Shown here: one piece after another, positions 41,488 to 50,982 of the stretch | How the letters are laid out: every line of letters begins with the position of its first letter | Position numbering within the stretch: the stretch's first letter is position 1 | Source: a virus | Virus record (IMG/VR): IMGVR_UViG_3300031857_000105 | Location: 12,778 to 76,777 of that record | Length of the DNA stretch: 64,000 bases | Direction: 5' to 3' (one strand) | The notes under the pieces: generated by a model | Database searches by the model: none | What the model saw: only the letters and a program-made list of their open reading frames with translations | What the model was told of the DNA's origin: nothing | Made by a program: the position numbers and the translations under genes

Positions 41488-42111
41488 ATGGCAATCGCAA
41501 GTTTATCAAAATTCACAGTACCTTTAGCAACTGATCAATCAGCTAGTGCTCAAGGTATGTTGATGCCCAAGTTAAAATATCGCTTTAGAGTGATGTTTGA
41601 AAACTTTGGCACATCAACACCAACAACAGAATTAACCAAGCAAGTTCAAGATGCAGCTCGCCCGCAAGTTACTTTTGAAAACCAGAAAATTATGGTTTAC
41701 AACTCAACAATTAACTATGCAGGCCGTCCAGCATGGAGTGAAATGGTTGTTAAGTTACGTGATGACGTAACAGGACAAGTTTCAAAACTAGTTGGTGAAC
41801 AAATGCAAAAACAATTCGACTTCTTTGAACAAAGTAGTGCAGCGTCAGGCGGCGACTACAAGTTTTTAATGCGTATTGAAATGCTAGACGGTGGTAACGG
41901 TGCAAGTACTCCTAATATTCTTGAAACATGGGAATGTTATGGTTGCTATGTGCGTCAAACACAATACAACCAACTTTCTTACGGTAACCAAGAAATGTTG
42001 ACTATTGACTTGACAATTCAACCAGATAATTGCATACAAATCACAGGCGGAGCAGAAGCTCCAACTTCGAGACGTACTGGAACAGCAGCAACAGCTTCTG
42101 GTTCAAGATAA
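41488..42111 (+). CDS. gp19: Tail tube protein (gp19-like)
   Basis: Directly follows the sheath; PKLKYRFRV...RP...YAGR..W...L.Y...I.LTI.PDN. Confidence 0.8.
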   Translation: MAIASLSKFTVPLATDQSASAQGMLMPKLKYRFRVMFENFGTSTPTTELTKQVQDAARPQVTFENQKIMVYNSTINYAGRPAWSEMVVKLRDDVTGQVSKLVGEQMQKQFDFFEQSSAASGGDYKFLMRIEMLDGGNGASTPNILETWECYGCYVRQTQYNQLSYGNQEMLTIDLTIQPDNCIQITGGAEAPTSRRTGTAATASGSR

Positions 42112-42118
42112 TAAAATT

Positions 42119-42141
42119 GGCCTACTTAGTGGGCCTTTTTT
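42119..42141 (+). terminator. Rho-independent terminator
   Basis: GGCCTAC-TTA-GTGGGCC hairpin followed by TTTTTT, after the tail tube gene. Confidence 0.75.
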
Positions 42142-42189
42142 ATGGGCAATCATTAACTACTCAGTTAATAGTTACGGATAAATATTTGT

Positions 42190-43179
42190 ATGGCCTTTAC
42201 ACCTAATTCATTTTTATACAGTCCAAGCAACGTAACGTTGAAAGATTACGCACACGCTGCTCGTGTGTTTACGGACGATCAATTTAGACTTGCTCCTAAA
42301 AGTAAGTTTTTATTCCATGTAGCATTTAATATAAATCAATCAGCTTTAAAAAATATTGATATTGCACAACGATATAGAAATGAAATTAATGTACTTGTTA
42401 AAACTTGCGATTTACCTCAATACAAAGTAACAGTTGATACACTCAATCAATACAACAGAAAAAAGAATATACAAACAACTCATAAGTATGAAGCGTTAAA
42501 TATCACATTCCATGACGATAATATGGGTTTGATTAATCAGTTATGGCAAAATTATTATAGTTACTATTATGCAGATTCTACCAGCGCATTGAATCCAAGC
42601 GCATACAAAAGAAATGCAACAAGAAATAGTAATTATATTACGAACCCTTATGGTTTAGATAACGGTAGTACTACTCCATTTTTTAATTATATTACAATCT
42701 ATCAAATGGCTCGTCATGAGTATGTTAGTTATACGTTATTAAACCCTGTTATTAATTCGTTTAATCATAACAAGTTAGATTATGGGAATGGAAATACTCC
42801 ACACGATTTTAGTATGGGTATTGCATACGAAGCAGTAGCATACGGCAACGGAGAAGTAACAGTGGGAGATCCAGAAGGCTTTGGATTTGAACATTACGAC
42901 CAAACTCCAAGTTCGTTACAACCTGGTGATGGCTCAAGACAAGAAAGTCCAACATTTACCAACGGCTCTTCATTAAATGTGCAAGAAGTAGTTAACACAG
43001 TAGCAGCTCAACTTAATACATATCAAAATACAAAAGAAAATCAAAATACTGGATCGAGCAAATCATTGTCTACCACGCAGACACAACAAAATGGAGGATT
43101 GCAAGGATTTCAGTTCCCGGTGGCTAAATCTTCATCAAGTAACACAGTAGTAGCAACTCAATCGTCAGTAGGAAAATAA
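42190..43179 (+). CDS. Tail-tube-like/baseplate tube-initiator protein (gp54/gp48-like)
   Basis: Tube-family pattern LVK..DLP......NQYNRK......Y..LNITFHDDN...LDY; follows the tube gene. Confidence 0.55.
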   Translation: MAFTPNSFLYSPSNVTLKDYAHAARVFTDDQFRLAPKSKFLFHVAFNINQSALKNIDIAQRYRNEINVLVKTCDLPQYKVTVDTLNQYNRKKNIQTTHKYEALNITFHDDNMGLINQLWQNYYSYYYADSTSALNPSAYKRNATRNSNYITNPYGLDNGSTTPFFNYITIYQMARHEYVSYTLLNPVINSFNHNKLDYGNGNTPHDFSMGIAYEAVAYGNGEVTVGDPEGFGFEHYDQTPSSLQPGDGSRQESPTFTNGSSLNVQEVVNTVAAQLNTYQNTKENQNTGSSKSLSTTQTQQNGGLQGFQFPVAKSSSSNTVVATQSSVGK

Positions 43180-43180
43180 C

Positions 43181-43549
43181 ATGGCAACAAATTTACCCCC
43201 ACAAACACCAAATAATTCAAGCCAGGAAGTTAAACAATTTTTTGACAAGTATTATATTAATCAGATAAGTTTTCCATCAAGCCAAATTGATGCAGTTGTA
43301 GGATTCTTTTTACAGAACGGATTTGATGTAGAAAGTGCTCGAAGTACTGGTATAGTATTGTTGAATCAAGCTCGTGAAGATAATGTTAATGTATTTGAAT
43401 TAATAGACACATTAAAAACATTATCAGATGTTCAACTTAGCCAAGTGGTTGCACAAATCTTAAACGCTTACAGAGAAAAGGTAAGTGTACTTGGTTATCG
43501 TGTAACTGGAATTGTTGACGAATACGAAAGTAGAAACATTCTAGTATAA
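43181..43549 (+). CDS. Hypothetical protein
   Basis: 122-aa coupled ORF in the structural operon. Confidence 0.55.
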   Translation: MATNLPPQTPNNSSQEVKQFFDKYYINQISFPSSQIDAVVGFFLQNGFDVESARSTGIVLLNQAREDNVNVFELIDTLKTLSDVQLSQVVAQILNAYREKVSVLGYRVTGIVDEYESRNILV

Positions 43550-43550
43550 T

Positions 43551-43988
43551 ATGGCTACCAAATTTGCTCGTGGAAAATTCAACTTAACTCAACCAGAAAA
43601 GTACGTAGGAACAAAAATGCCTACATACAGATCTAGTTGGGAGTTTCAATTCATGAGATTTTGTGACACTAACATTAGCATACAAAAATGGGCAAGTGAA
43701 GCTATACAAATCCCCTACAAAGATCCGCTAACTGGTAGACAAACAGTTTATGTACCAGATTTTTTTATACAATACGTTGATAAAAATAATACAATGCATG
43801 TAGAACTAATAGAAGTCAAGCCCGCAAGTCAGACAATTTTAGAACGTGTGGGCAAGAACAAATATAATCAAGCGCAATATGTTAAAAATCAAGCTAAATG
43901 GGCTGCTGCAAATATTTGGTGCAAACAGCAAGGAATTAAGTTTAGAATACTTAATGAAAATGATATGTTCCACCAGGGCAATGCATAA
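43551..43988 (+). CDS. Head completion nuclease (T4 gp4-like, TnsA-like PD-(D/E)xK)
   Basis: GKF...PEKY.G...YRSSWE..FM..CD....I..WASE.I.IPY......Y.PDF......IEVKP..QT....NQAKW.AA..WC...G..F.I.NE. Confidence 0.85.
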   Translation: MATKFARGKFNLTQPEKYVGTKMPTYRSSWEFQFMRFCDTNISIQKWASEAIQIPYKDPLTGRQTVYVPDFFIQYVDKNNTMHVELIEVKPASQTILERVGKNKYNQAQYVKNQAKWAAANIWCKQQGIKFRILNENDMFHQGNA

Positions 43989-43995
43989 GTAAAGT

Positions 43996-44484
43996 ATGAC
44001 TAAAAAACTTGAAGAACTATTAAACCTTCCTGAGAGTAAAAAAATCATCAAGGACGAGGAAAAGAAACAAGCTAAAGCTGAGATGGCTAAATCACAGCCC
44101 CTTCTTCGCGATATCAGCGAATTTGACAAAATTTCTGCTGCCTTGCCCCAAGTTAAAGGATTAGGCGATGCTAGCGATACTGAATTTGATGCGCTAGCCC
44201 AACGTGCTACGGATGCATACGATGATTTAATGGATTTAGGAATGAACGTAGAAGCTCGCTACAGCGGTCGTATTTTCGAAGTAGCAGGAACAATGCTTAA
44301 AAATGCTATTGATGCAAAAGCCGCCAAAATAGACAAAAAACTCAAGATGATTGAGCTACAGATTAAGAAGCAAAAGCTAGACAACGATGCAAATGGTGAA
44401 GATAACAGCATAAATCTTACAGGAGACGGAGTGATTATTACAGATCGCAATAGTCTACTGGAAAAATTAAAGAATATGAAATAA
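43996..44484 (+). CDS. Putative terminase small subunit (gp16-like)
   Basis: Helical 162-aa protein, 'R.FEVAG.MLKNA.DA...K' and terminal 'DRNSLLEKL'; 1.6 kb upstream of the large subunit. Confidence 0.45.
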   Translation: MTKKLEELLNLPESKKIIKDEEKKQAKAEMAKSQPLLRDISEFDKISAALPQVKGLGDASDTEFDALAQRATDAYDDLMDLGMNVEARYSGRIFEVAGTMLKNAIDAKAAKIDKKLKMIELQIKKQKLDNDANGEDNSINLTGDGVIITDRNSLLEKLKNMK

Positions 44485-44505
44485 ATATAGTATCGGGATT
44501 AAACT

Positions 44506-45126
44506 ATGAAATCATTTAAAGAATACTTAACAGAAAGCAAGAAAGTTTACGAATTTAAAATTAAACTAGCCGGCGATCATAAAAAAGCAGGAGAGCTGAT
44601 CAAGTCAGCTTTATCACAATATAAGGTTGAAAGTTGCTCAGCAGGTAAGCGTTTACCTATTGCAGAAACACACGCAGATTTCCTGCATATTACAAATACA
44701 GATGTTACAATTTTTGATGTCTGCACTAGTTACCCAGTAACTAGTCAACAAGTTAGAGCGTTGATTGCAGAAAAGTGCCGTTGCCCGTTAGACAGTGTTA
44801 AGGTGCGTAATTTAGCTGAAGATGCTGAAGATACTCTTAATCATGCAAATGATGAAAAATCTGGCGAGGCATTATTAAGCAAAGATTACGAAGCAGATTC
44901 AGAGGGACAAAAGCTAGTTGGTGAAAAACAAAAGTTTAATCTACTAAAAGAGTTAATGAAAGACAAAAAAACTCTTGAACAGTACAAAGGTGTTAATGAT
45001 GCAATACTAGCATCAAAAATGCCAACTGAATCGGCACCAGCAGATTCATCAAACATTAATACAAAAAGCCCTGTTGGAAGTGTTAAGGCTAAGAAACCAA
45101 CAGCAAAAACTGTCGGAGCAAGATAA
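44506..45126 (+). CDS. Hypothetical protein, probable internal head protein
   Basis: N-terminus MKSFKEYLTE resembles the T4 capsid-targeting sequence. Confidence 0.5.
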   Translation: MKSFKEYLTESKKVYEFKIKLAGDHKKAGELIKSALSQYKVESCSAGKRLPIAETHADFLHITNTDVTIFDVCTSYPVTSQQVRALIAEKCRCPLDSVKVRNLAEDAEDTLNHANDEKSGEALLSKDYEADSEGQKLVGEKQKFNLLKELMKDKKTLEQYKGVNDAILASKMPTESAPADSSNINTKSPVGSVKAKKPTAKTVGAR

Positions 45127-45603
45127 ATGAACTTCCAAGAATTATACAATAAAATTAGACAACTAGACGAAACATCTCCAGAGATGATTCCTCCTGCCGC
45201 AGTTACATCGCCCGACGATGAGATGCTAGCAACAGAATGTGGTGGCATGATGTCTCCACAAATGTCTGCACCTAAACAAAGTGATTCTGTAACAATGAAT
45301 GTTAGTATGAATGGCAGTGGCGCAGGTGGCATTAAAGATTTATTAGATATACTACGAAATATTGAAAATGCAAGCGGACAAGATACCGATGATGTATTAG
45401 TTGGTGTTGAAGCGGAAGAAGCATTTAGCGATGCAACAACTAGACCAGATCCAACAATGGTTCCAACACCGGACAGCGGTGATGACTTACATCGCGAAAA
45501 AGAAGAATATCCAAAAGCCAACGGCGGCGGTAACCCAATGCGTATGCGCGAAACATTAGTTTCTAAGTTGTCAGCAAGATATAACGAAATTAAAGGAGCG
45601 TAA
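45127..45603 (+). CDS. Acidic low-complexity protein, possible head core protein
   Basis: MNFQELYNKIRQLDE start; D/E/P-rich. Confidence 0.5.
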   Translation: MNFQELYNKIRQLDETSPEMIPPAAVTSPDDEMLATECGGMMSPQMSAPKQSDSVTMNVSMNGSGAGGIKDLLDILRNIENASGQDTDDVLVGVEAEEAFSDATTRPDPTMVPTPDSGDDLHREKEEYPKANGGGNPMRMRETLVSKLSARYNEIKGA

Positions 45604-45604
45604 T

Positions 45605-46042
45605 ATGAACGCAGAACAATACCGTGCCCTAGTTGCAAAATTAGAAGCAATCAATGAAGCACCCGTAGCCGCATTTAATCAAAATGCAGGCGCCACACCA
45701 GATGCATCTGCGCCTGTAGGTTCGGTTGCAGCCGATCCAGCTGTAGCACCAACAGAAACACCAGCACCAACACCAACACCTGCCACAGATCCAAATCAAA
45801 TCCCAACAATTGAAGCCGCAACCTTTAGTCAAGCATACGCTCAGGCTAGAAAGCAAGGTTTAAAGAAATTTAAATGGTGTGGTGTTTATGCTGTTAAAGA
45901 TAAAGTTAACCCACAGCCAGTTCCACCGAAGCCAGTTAAACCAGCACAAGGAAAAGTTGACTACGTTGGACAAGCTGATCCACTAGGTGGCGATGCACAA
46001 AACCCAATGAGTTTCGCATCTAATAGTAATTTTGGCGCATAA
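45605..46042 (+). CDS. Pro/Ala-rich hypothetical protein
   Basis: GGAG RBS; PTETPAPTPTPAT linker and an 'FSQAYAQARKQG.K.F.W.G.Y' module. Confidence 0.55.
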   Translation: MNAEQYRALVAKLEAINEAPVAAFNQNAGATPDASAPVGSVAADPAVAPTETPAPTPTPATDPNQIPTIEAATFSQAYAQARKQGLKKFKWCGVYAVKDKVNPQPVPPKPVKPAQGKVDYVGQADPLGGDAQNPMSFASNSNFGA

Positions 46043-46060
46043 GATTTCGTCAGCAGTATC

Positions 46061-46087
46061 AAAAGGGCTCTTCGGAGCCCTTTTTTT
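46061..46087 (+). terminator. Rho-independent terminator with cUUCGg tetraloop
   Basis: AAAAGGGCTC-TTCG-GAGCCCTTTTTTT. Confidence 0.9.
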
Positions 46088-46101
46088 GTGTAAATAAAGT
46101 T

Positions 46102-47697
46102 ATGGCAAAATCACTAGACGGCGTCTTAACTAAAAAGGCGCACACTAAAGAAAGGTTTACAGAAGAACAAGTTCAACACTTGTTGCAATGTGCTGACCCT
46201 GTAGAAGGGTACATGCATTTTGTTAAAAACTTTTTTCATATACAACACCCTACAAAGGGAAAAGTTAAATTTGAACCGTTTGACTACCAAGTAAGACTGC
46301 TACACAGTTATCACGATTATCGTTTTAACATTAACATGATGCCACGACAAAGTGGTAAGACAACTTGTGCGGCTGGTTATTTGCTATGGTATGCAATGTT
46401 TCATCCGGATCAAACTATTCTAGTTGCTGCACACAAATATACGGGCGCACAAGAAATTATGCAACGTATTCGTTATGGATATGAACTTTGCGCTGATTAT
46501 ATTAGAGCAGGTGTTGTAAACTATAATAAAGGTTCAATGGAGTTTGAAAATGGATCAAGAATTGTATCAGCTACTACTACCGGCAACACTGGCCGCGGTA
46601 TGTCAATTTCCCTACTATACTGTGACGAGTTTGCATTCGTTCAACCTAATATTGCAAGCGAGTTTTGGACTTCAATCAGCCCAACACTAGCAACAGGTGG
46701 TAAGGCAATTATCACTTCAACGCCTAACAGTGACGAAGACACGTTTGCTAACATATGGAAAGAAAGTAAAGATTCGTTTGATGAGTTTGGCAACGAACGA
46801 CTAGACGGATTAGGCCGTAACGGATTTCATGGATTTAGAGCAGAGTGGCATGAACATCCTGATCGCGATGATGAATGGCGTAAAAATGAAATGGGCCGTA
46901 TTGGCGAAGAGCGTTTCCGCCGTGAGTATGGATGCGAGTTCTTGGTCTTTGATGAAACCCTGGTAAACAGTCTTAAACTTGCAGAAATGTCAGGACGAGA
47001 ACCATTATTTAAAATGGGTCAAGTTCGTTGGTATAAAAAGCCAACTCCAGGCAACACATATCTAGTAGGATTAGACCCTAGTTTAGGCACCGGCGGCGAT
47101 TTTGCAGGTATCCAAGTATTTGAATTACCTAGTATGACGCAATGTGCAGAGTGGCAACATAACTTAACTATCGTACAAGATCAAGTCAAAATCTTCCGGG
47201 ATGTAATCAGATACATTCAAGGCGAAATAGGTGAAGATTATCGTAACAGTATATATTGGAGTGTAGAAAATAACACACTAGGCGAAGCCGCATTAGTTGT
47301 TATTGCTAACTTAGGAGAAGAGACATTTCCAGGATTATTCCTAAGCGAGCCTGTTAGAAAAGGGCATGTACGTAAATTCCGCAAGGGATTTAATACTACA
47401 CACGGCAGTAAGATTTCCGCCTGTAGCCGACTAAAGTACTTTGTTGAAGAAGATAAAATGAAAATTCACAGCAAAACGCTTCTCAGCGAACTTAAAACAT
47501 TTATTGCAGCAGGTGTTACATTTAAAGCAAAAGAAGGCCAGCACGATGACTTGGTTTCTGCATTATTGTTAATTATACGCATGACTGTAGTACTAGCAGA
47601 ATGGGATCCGCTAGTTTTTGAAAAATTAACCTTAGAATCTTCAATGGACGATGATTGGGAAGCACCGCTACCTATATTCGTTTCCTCAAACCTTTGA
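46102..47697 (+). CDS. gp17: Terminase large subunit (gp17)
   Basis: Walker A MPRQSGKTT, Walker B LLYCDEFAF, IITSTPN, F.REY.CEF, nuclease GLDPSLG.G.D and HDDLV. Confidence 0.95.
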   Translation: MAKSLDGVLTKKAHTKERFTEEQVQHLLQCADPVEGYMHFVKNFFHIQHPTKGKVKFEPFDYQVRLLHSYHDYRFNINMMPRQSGKTTCAAGYLLWYAMFHPDQTILVAAHKYTGAQEIMQRIRYGYELCADYIRAGVVNYNKGSMEFENGSRIVSATTTGNTGRGMSISLLYCDEFAFVQPNIASEFWTSISPTLATGGKAIITSTPNSDEDTFANIWKESKDSFDEFGNERLDGLGRNGFHGFRAEWHEHPDRDDEWRKNEMGRIGEERFRREYGCEFLVFDETLVNSLKLAEMSGREPLFKMGQVRWYKKPTPGNTYLVGLDPSLGTGGDFAGIQVFELPSMTQCAEWQHNLTIVQDQVKIFRDVIRYIQGEIGEDYRNSIYWSVENNTLGEAALVVIANLGEETFPGLFLSEPVRKGHVRKFRKGFNTTHGSKISACSRLKYFVEEDKMKIHSKTLLSELKTFIAAGVTFKAKEGQHDDLVSALLLIIRMTVVLAEWDPLVFEKLTLESSMDDDWEAPLPIFVSSNL

Positions 47698-47707
47698 TAA
47701 ATATAAC

Positions 47708-50026
47708 ATGGACGCAAATTTAGATAAAATCGCAAAAGATCTGTATGGTAAAATACAGACCCGTTTTCGCAACATTAAAATCGGTGATGAAAACGCAGAA
47801 GTATTGAGCAAAAAGGAAGACATTCCCAGAGCTCGATTTTTTGAGTTCGAATACGAAGAAGGTGGTGCCCCACTAGGAACTATTGCCATTACACTAGACC
47901 CACAAGACGGTGTTGTAATGCAAGTTAGCGGAGATTTAACCGACGACGATAATGCTACTCATCACGGTGCTTATAAATTCATACGTGGTTTTAGACAGTT
48001 TGCAAAAGATAGATTACTCAACTTTGACGTACAAAATATTGGAAAAAGTAACTTGGATAAACGAGATTACGAGTACCAGGCCAAACGTAAGGAAATGCCA
48101 ATTATGCCCGCAATTATGGAAAATAAACTTTATGGTAGCAATAGAATTAGCTATCAGGATCTAGGCGAAGCTCGCTTAGTTATTAAACATAGCCAACCAA
48201 TTAACTTAGATTTACCAGCTGGGCGTACAATGCACATTGAAAGCATTTACATTGAAAACACCGCTGGTGAAAGATTCAAGTATCCATATAAACATCTTAA
48301 CGGTGCTCGTGCATTAGCAGAACATATCAAACACGGCGGCAATCCTTATGACAATATTGGACAACACATTTGCAGTTTAAGTGAGGAATTAGCCCATTTA
48401 CGTAAATTCAAAGGATATGTTAGCCGTCAAGAACAATTAAGCGAAGCAATGGCTAATGTTACTGGTCGCGTAATGGAACGCATTGAAACTATCAAAGAAA
48501 CTATTAACAAATTACAACGTACTGCCTACTATGAGTCATTTGTTGAAAATTTTGAAGACCAGGAAGAACAAATGATTCCTGAAGAAGTGCAAAATGATTT
48601 GATTGATCGTTTGACTATTCGCACATTTAATGAAGAATTAAAATCAGTATTTCCTTACATTTATAAATTTATTGACGAGTCAGAGATTGATGTTGTTGAG
48701 TTAAATGCAGACGATTTAATTGGCGAAGAACAACTATCTGAACGTGCTACACCCGAATGGCTAGCCACTGTATCTAAAGCTAAAGAGCTATTGTCACAAG
48801 GTATGACCGTTGATCAAGTAGGAAAACAATTAGGAGCTCAGGGTCCTAACAATGGAATGGCCGGAACAATGGGCGGCACGTGGGGTGCAATTAATCGCGC
48901 TCAACAAGAATTAAAGCCATCAAAACCATCATTTGAATCAGTAGAAGATCAATTTGAAAGTTTCTTGGATGACATCGTTCGTGAAGATAAAAACGAAGTT
49001 ATTAGTTCTAACAACGATGCACAAGCTGCAGCTATTGAAAAATTAAATACAATTTTAGCACAAAATATGCAAGTTGGTCCTAACGGCGACAATGCTATTA
49101 TGACTCTCAAAGGGTTAATTGACGAGCCTAGTTTTGTTGATGCAGTTAAAGCTGTGCCAGCAGAAACAGACTTAAATGATTTAATTAAAGGCTGGGTTGA
49201 AACAGAACACGAAGATCTGTTAGGTCGTTTGGAGTTTCCAAGCGATGAAGCAGCTCAAGAACCAGCACCAGCCGAACCTGCTCCAGCCGAAGCTCCTCCT
49301 GCTGAACCAGCACCTGCTCAAGCAGCTGCCGAACCAGCACCAGCTCCAACTGAGCCAGCACCAGCACCAGTAGCTGAAGCAAAAGACACTGTTGAGAAAG
49401 ATGAAGATGGCAATGTCAAGAGTTGGAAACACGAAGGAGATTGGAAAAAATCAACTGAAAAGAAAGATCCACGCGGTAAGGTTACAAACGCTAGTGGCCA
49501 AGCTCTAAAGAAAACTATTGCTATGGCTAAGAAAGCAGGCGCAACGTTAGAAACACAGATGGATTTTGGCGATAAGGTAATGACCATTGCCGAAGTATTA
49601 GAATCATGTGGTATGACTCCGCAAGATGTAGGATACGAAGAACCTGAACAAGAAGATGGTTTACAGGGAATGTTGAAATATATTAGCGGCTTTTATAACA
49701 AAGATGAAGGCAACTTTCCACTAGGCGGTATGCGTGTTAAGATCAAAGTTAAGAAAGCATTTGAAGACGGCGAGTTTGGCGGCGCAGGTGAAGAAGATTT
49801 ATTAAAAGTAATCAAGTTTATTGACGCTAAAGATCCAAGTGGTAATGAACATAATCAAATTTCTCGACTAGCAGGAATACAAAAACCAGAAGTTCCGCAT
49901 CAAGCAAAACAAGGTTTTGACATTAGTGCCTTAGAAACACAACTCCAAAGCATTAGTGAAAGTCCTACAGTCAGTTACAGCGAAGATCAAAGTTTAGCAA
50001 GAATTGTTAGTCTATCTCGAGGATAA
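47708..50026 (+). CDS. Large acidic hypothetical protein with Pro/Ala linker, probably virion-associated
   Basis: ATG 47708 follows TAAATA; about 772 aa; (E/A)PAPA repeat region. Confidence 0.6.
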   Translation: MDANLDKIAKDLYGKIQTRFRNIKIGDENAEVLSKKEDIPRARFFEFEYEEGGAPLGTIAITLDPQDGVVMQVSGDLTDDDNATHHGAYKFIRGFRQFAKDRLLNFDVQNIGKSNLDKRDYEYQAKRKEMPIMPAIMENKLYGSNRISYQDLGEARLVIKHSQPINLDLPAGRTMHIESIYIENTAGERFKYPYKHLNGARALAEHIKHGGNPYDNIGQHICSLSEELAHLRKFKGYVSRQEQLSEAMANVTGRVMERIETIKETINKLQRTAYYESFVENFEDQEEQMIPEEVQNDLIDRLTIRTFNEELKSVFPYIYKFIDESEIDVVELNADDLIGEEQLSERATPEWLATVSKAKELLSQGMTVDQVGKQLGAQGPNNGMAGTMGGTWGAINRAQQELKPSKPSFESVEDQFESFLDDIVREDKNEVISSNNDAQAAAIEKLNTILAQNMQVGPNGDNAIMTLKGLIDEPSFVDAVKAVPAETDLNDLIKGWVETEHEDLLGRLEFPSDEAAQEPAPAEPAPAEAPPAEPAPAQAAAEPAPAPTEPAPAPVAEAKDTVEKDEDGNVKSWKHEGDWKKSTEKKDPRGKVTNASGQALKKTIAMAKKAGATLETQMDFGDKVMTIAEVLESCGMTPQDVGYEEPEQEDGLQGMLKYISGFYNKDEGNFPLGGMRVKIKVKKAFEDGEFGGAGEEDLLKVIKFIDAKDPSGNEHNQISRLAGIQKPEVPHQAKQGFDISALETQLQSISESPTVSYSEDQSLARIVSLSRG
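49259..49378 (+). repeat. Imperfect coding tandem repeat (EPAPA)n
   Basis: EPAPAEPAPAEAPPAEPAPAQAAAEPAPAPTEPAPAPVAE; DNA units like gaaccagcacca. Confidence 0.7.
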
Positions 50027-50838
50027 TGGATTTACTAACAGTAACTTGTCATCAAGACAAGATACAAATGCTGTTACAAGCAGAAAGTGTACAAAAATTT
50101 CTAAAACCATGCAAACACTGGGTTATTATAAACGACCCTAGTGTTTGCTTAGAACAATGGCACGAGTTGCTAAGTCCTTACTATGAAAACCACCAACTAA
50201 TTTTAGTAGATTCTTCTACTATCAAATCAGATTTTAAATCTGAAAAAGGCGGCTGGAGTCGTCAGCAATATTTTAAATTTGCAGCTTACAATCTAATTAA
50301 TGATGACTATTTAATTTTAGATTCAAAAAACTTTTTTATCAAACCCACTGATATAAATGAATGGAATACTGTTATTGGAAATGGCACCATAGCTAATTTT
50401 AAATCAAATGCCAGCTGGGAAGAAACAATAGTAGCGTATTCGAAACATCTAAACATTCCTGTTAATTTTAATCAGCTATCGATAGTAACCCCATTTGTAT
50501 TTCAAAAGAAAATTCTAGATTTAATCGAAAACTACCAAGAATTTCTTAATTGGTTTGTATCTCAAAATGTTATAGAAAGTGAATTTTTTTATTATTCAAT
50601 GCTGTTACACAAACAAGATATATTTCCACAAAGTTCACAACAGCCCAAATTTCACTTGTTAACGCAAACTTACGGATTTGAAATATTTGATCTATGCAAG
50701 TTATTCTTTGATAAAGACAACATCAAAGTAGCAGGAATCCATCGTTCAATGTTGAACAAATTTAATAACGAAGAACAACAATCGTTCGATAAATGGTTGG
50801 CGTCAAAAGGATTACAATTAAGACATTTGGCAAAATAA
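50026..50838 (+). CDS. Glycosyltransferase-like protein (GT-A/DUF6492-like)
   Basis: LLTVT...S...F...GW.RQQ..K......DYLILDSKNFFIKP; AT-rich gene between the structural and replication blocks. Confidence 0.5.
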   Translation: MDLLTVTCHQDKIQMLLQAESVQKFLKPCKHWVIINDPSVCLEQWHELLSPYYENHQLILVDSSTIKSDFKSEKGGWSRQQYFKFAAYNLINDDYLILDSKNFFIKPTDINEWNTVIGNGTIANFKSNASWEETIVAYSKHLNIPVNFNQLSIVTPFVFQKKILDLIENYQEFLNWFVSQNVIESEFFYYSMLLHKQDIFPQSSQQPKFHLLTQTYGFEIFDLCKLFFDKDNIKVAGIHRSMLNKFNNEEQQSFDKWLASKGLQLRHLAK

Positions 50839-50863
50839 TACCACATTTCAGGCAAGATTTCTC

Positions 50864-50892
50864 TTGCTTTACTAAATAAAAGCGTATACAAT
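50864..50892 (+). promoter_or_regulatory. sigma70-type promoter with an embedded TAAATA, upstream of gp32
   Basis: TTGCTT-17 nt-TACAAT; the spacer contains cTAAATA. Confidence 0.55.
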
Positions 50893-50982
50893 AACATGTA
50901 TGCGCTTTTTGTTTTAAGGTAGATCCGTAAAGCAAAACAAGGCAAATGAAGTAAACAAAGGCTTATATAAAGGAGAAATATT

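Noticed and set aside
43551-43988. TnsA-like nuclease suggesting a Tn7 transposon
   Set aside because: Motifs and context match the T4 gp4 head-completion protein; no TnsB/C genes or terminal repeats
44886-45650. 254-aa minus-strand ORF (and similarly 37112..37642)
   Set aside because: Entirely antisense to well-supported plus-strand genes; no recognisable motif
47651-47707. ORF-track upstream starts (47651, 27088, 51999, 54799, 58029, 60517, 61508, 61547)
   Set aside because: Downstream ATGs have better RBS or promoter context and avoid long overlaps
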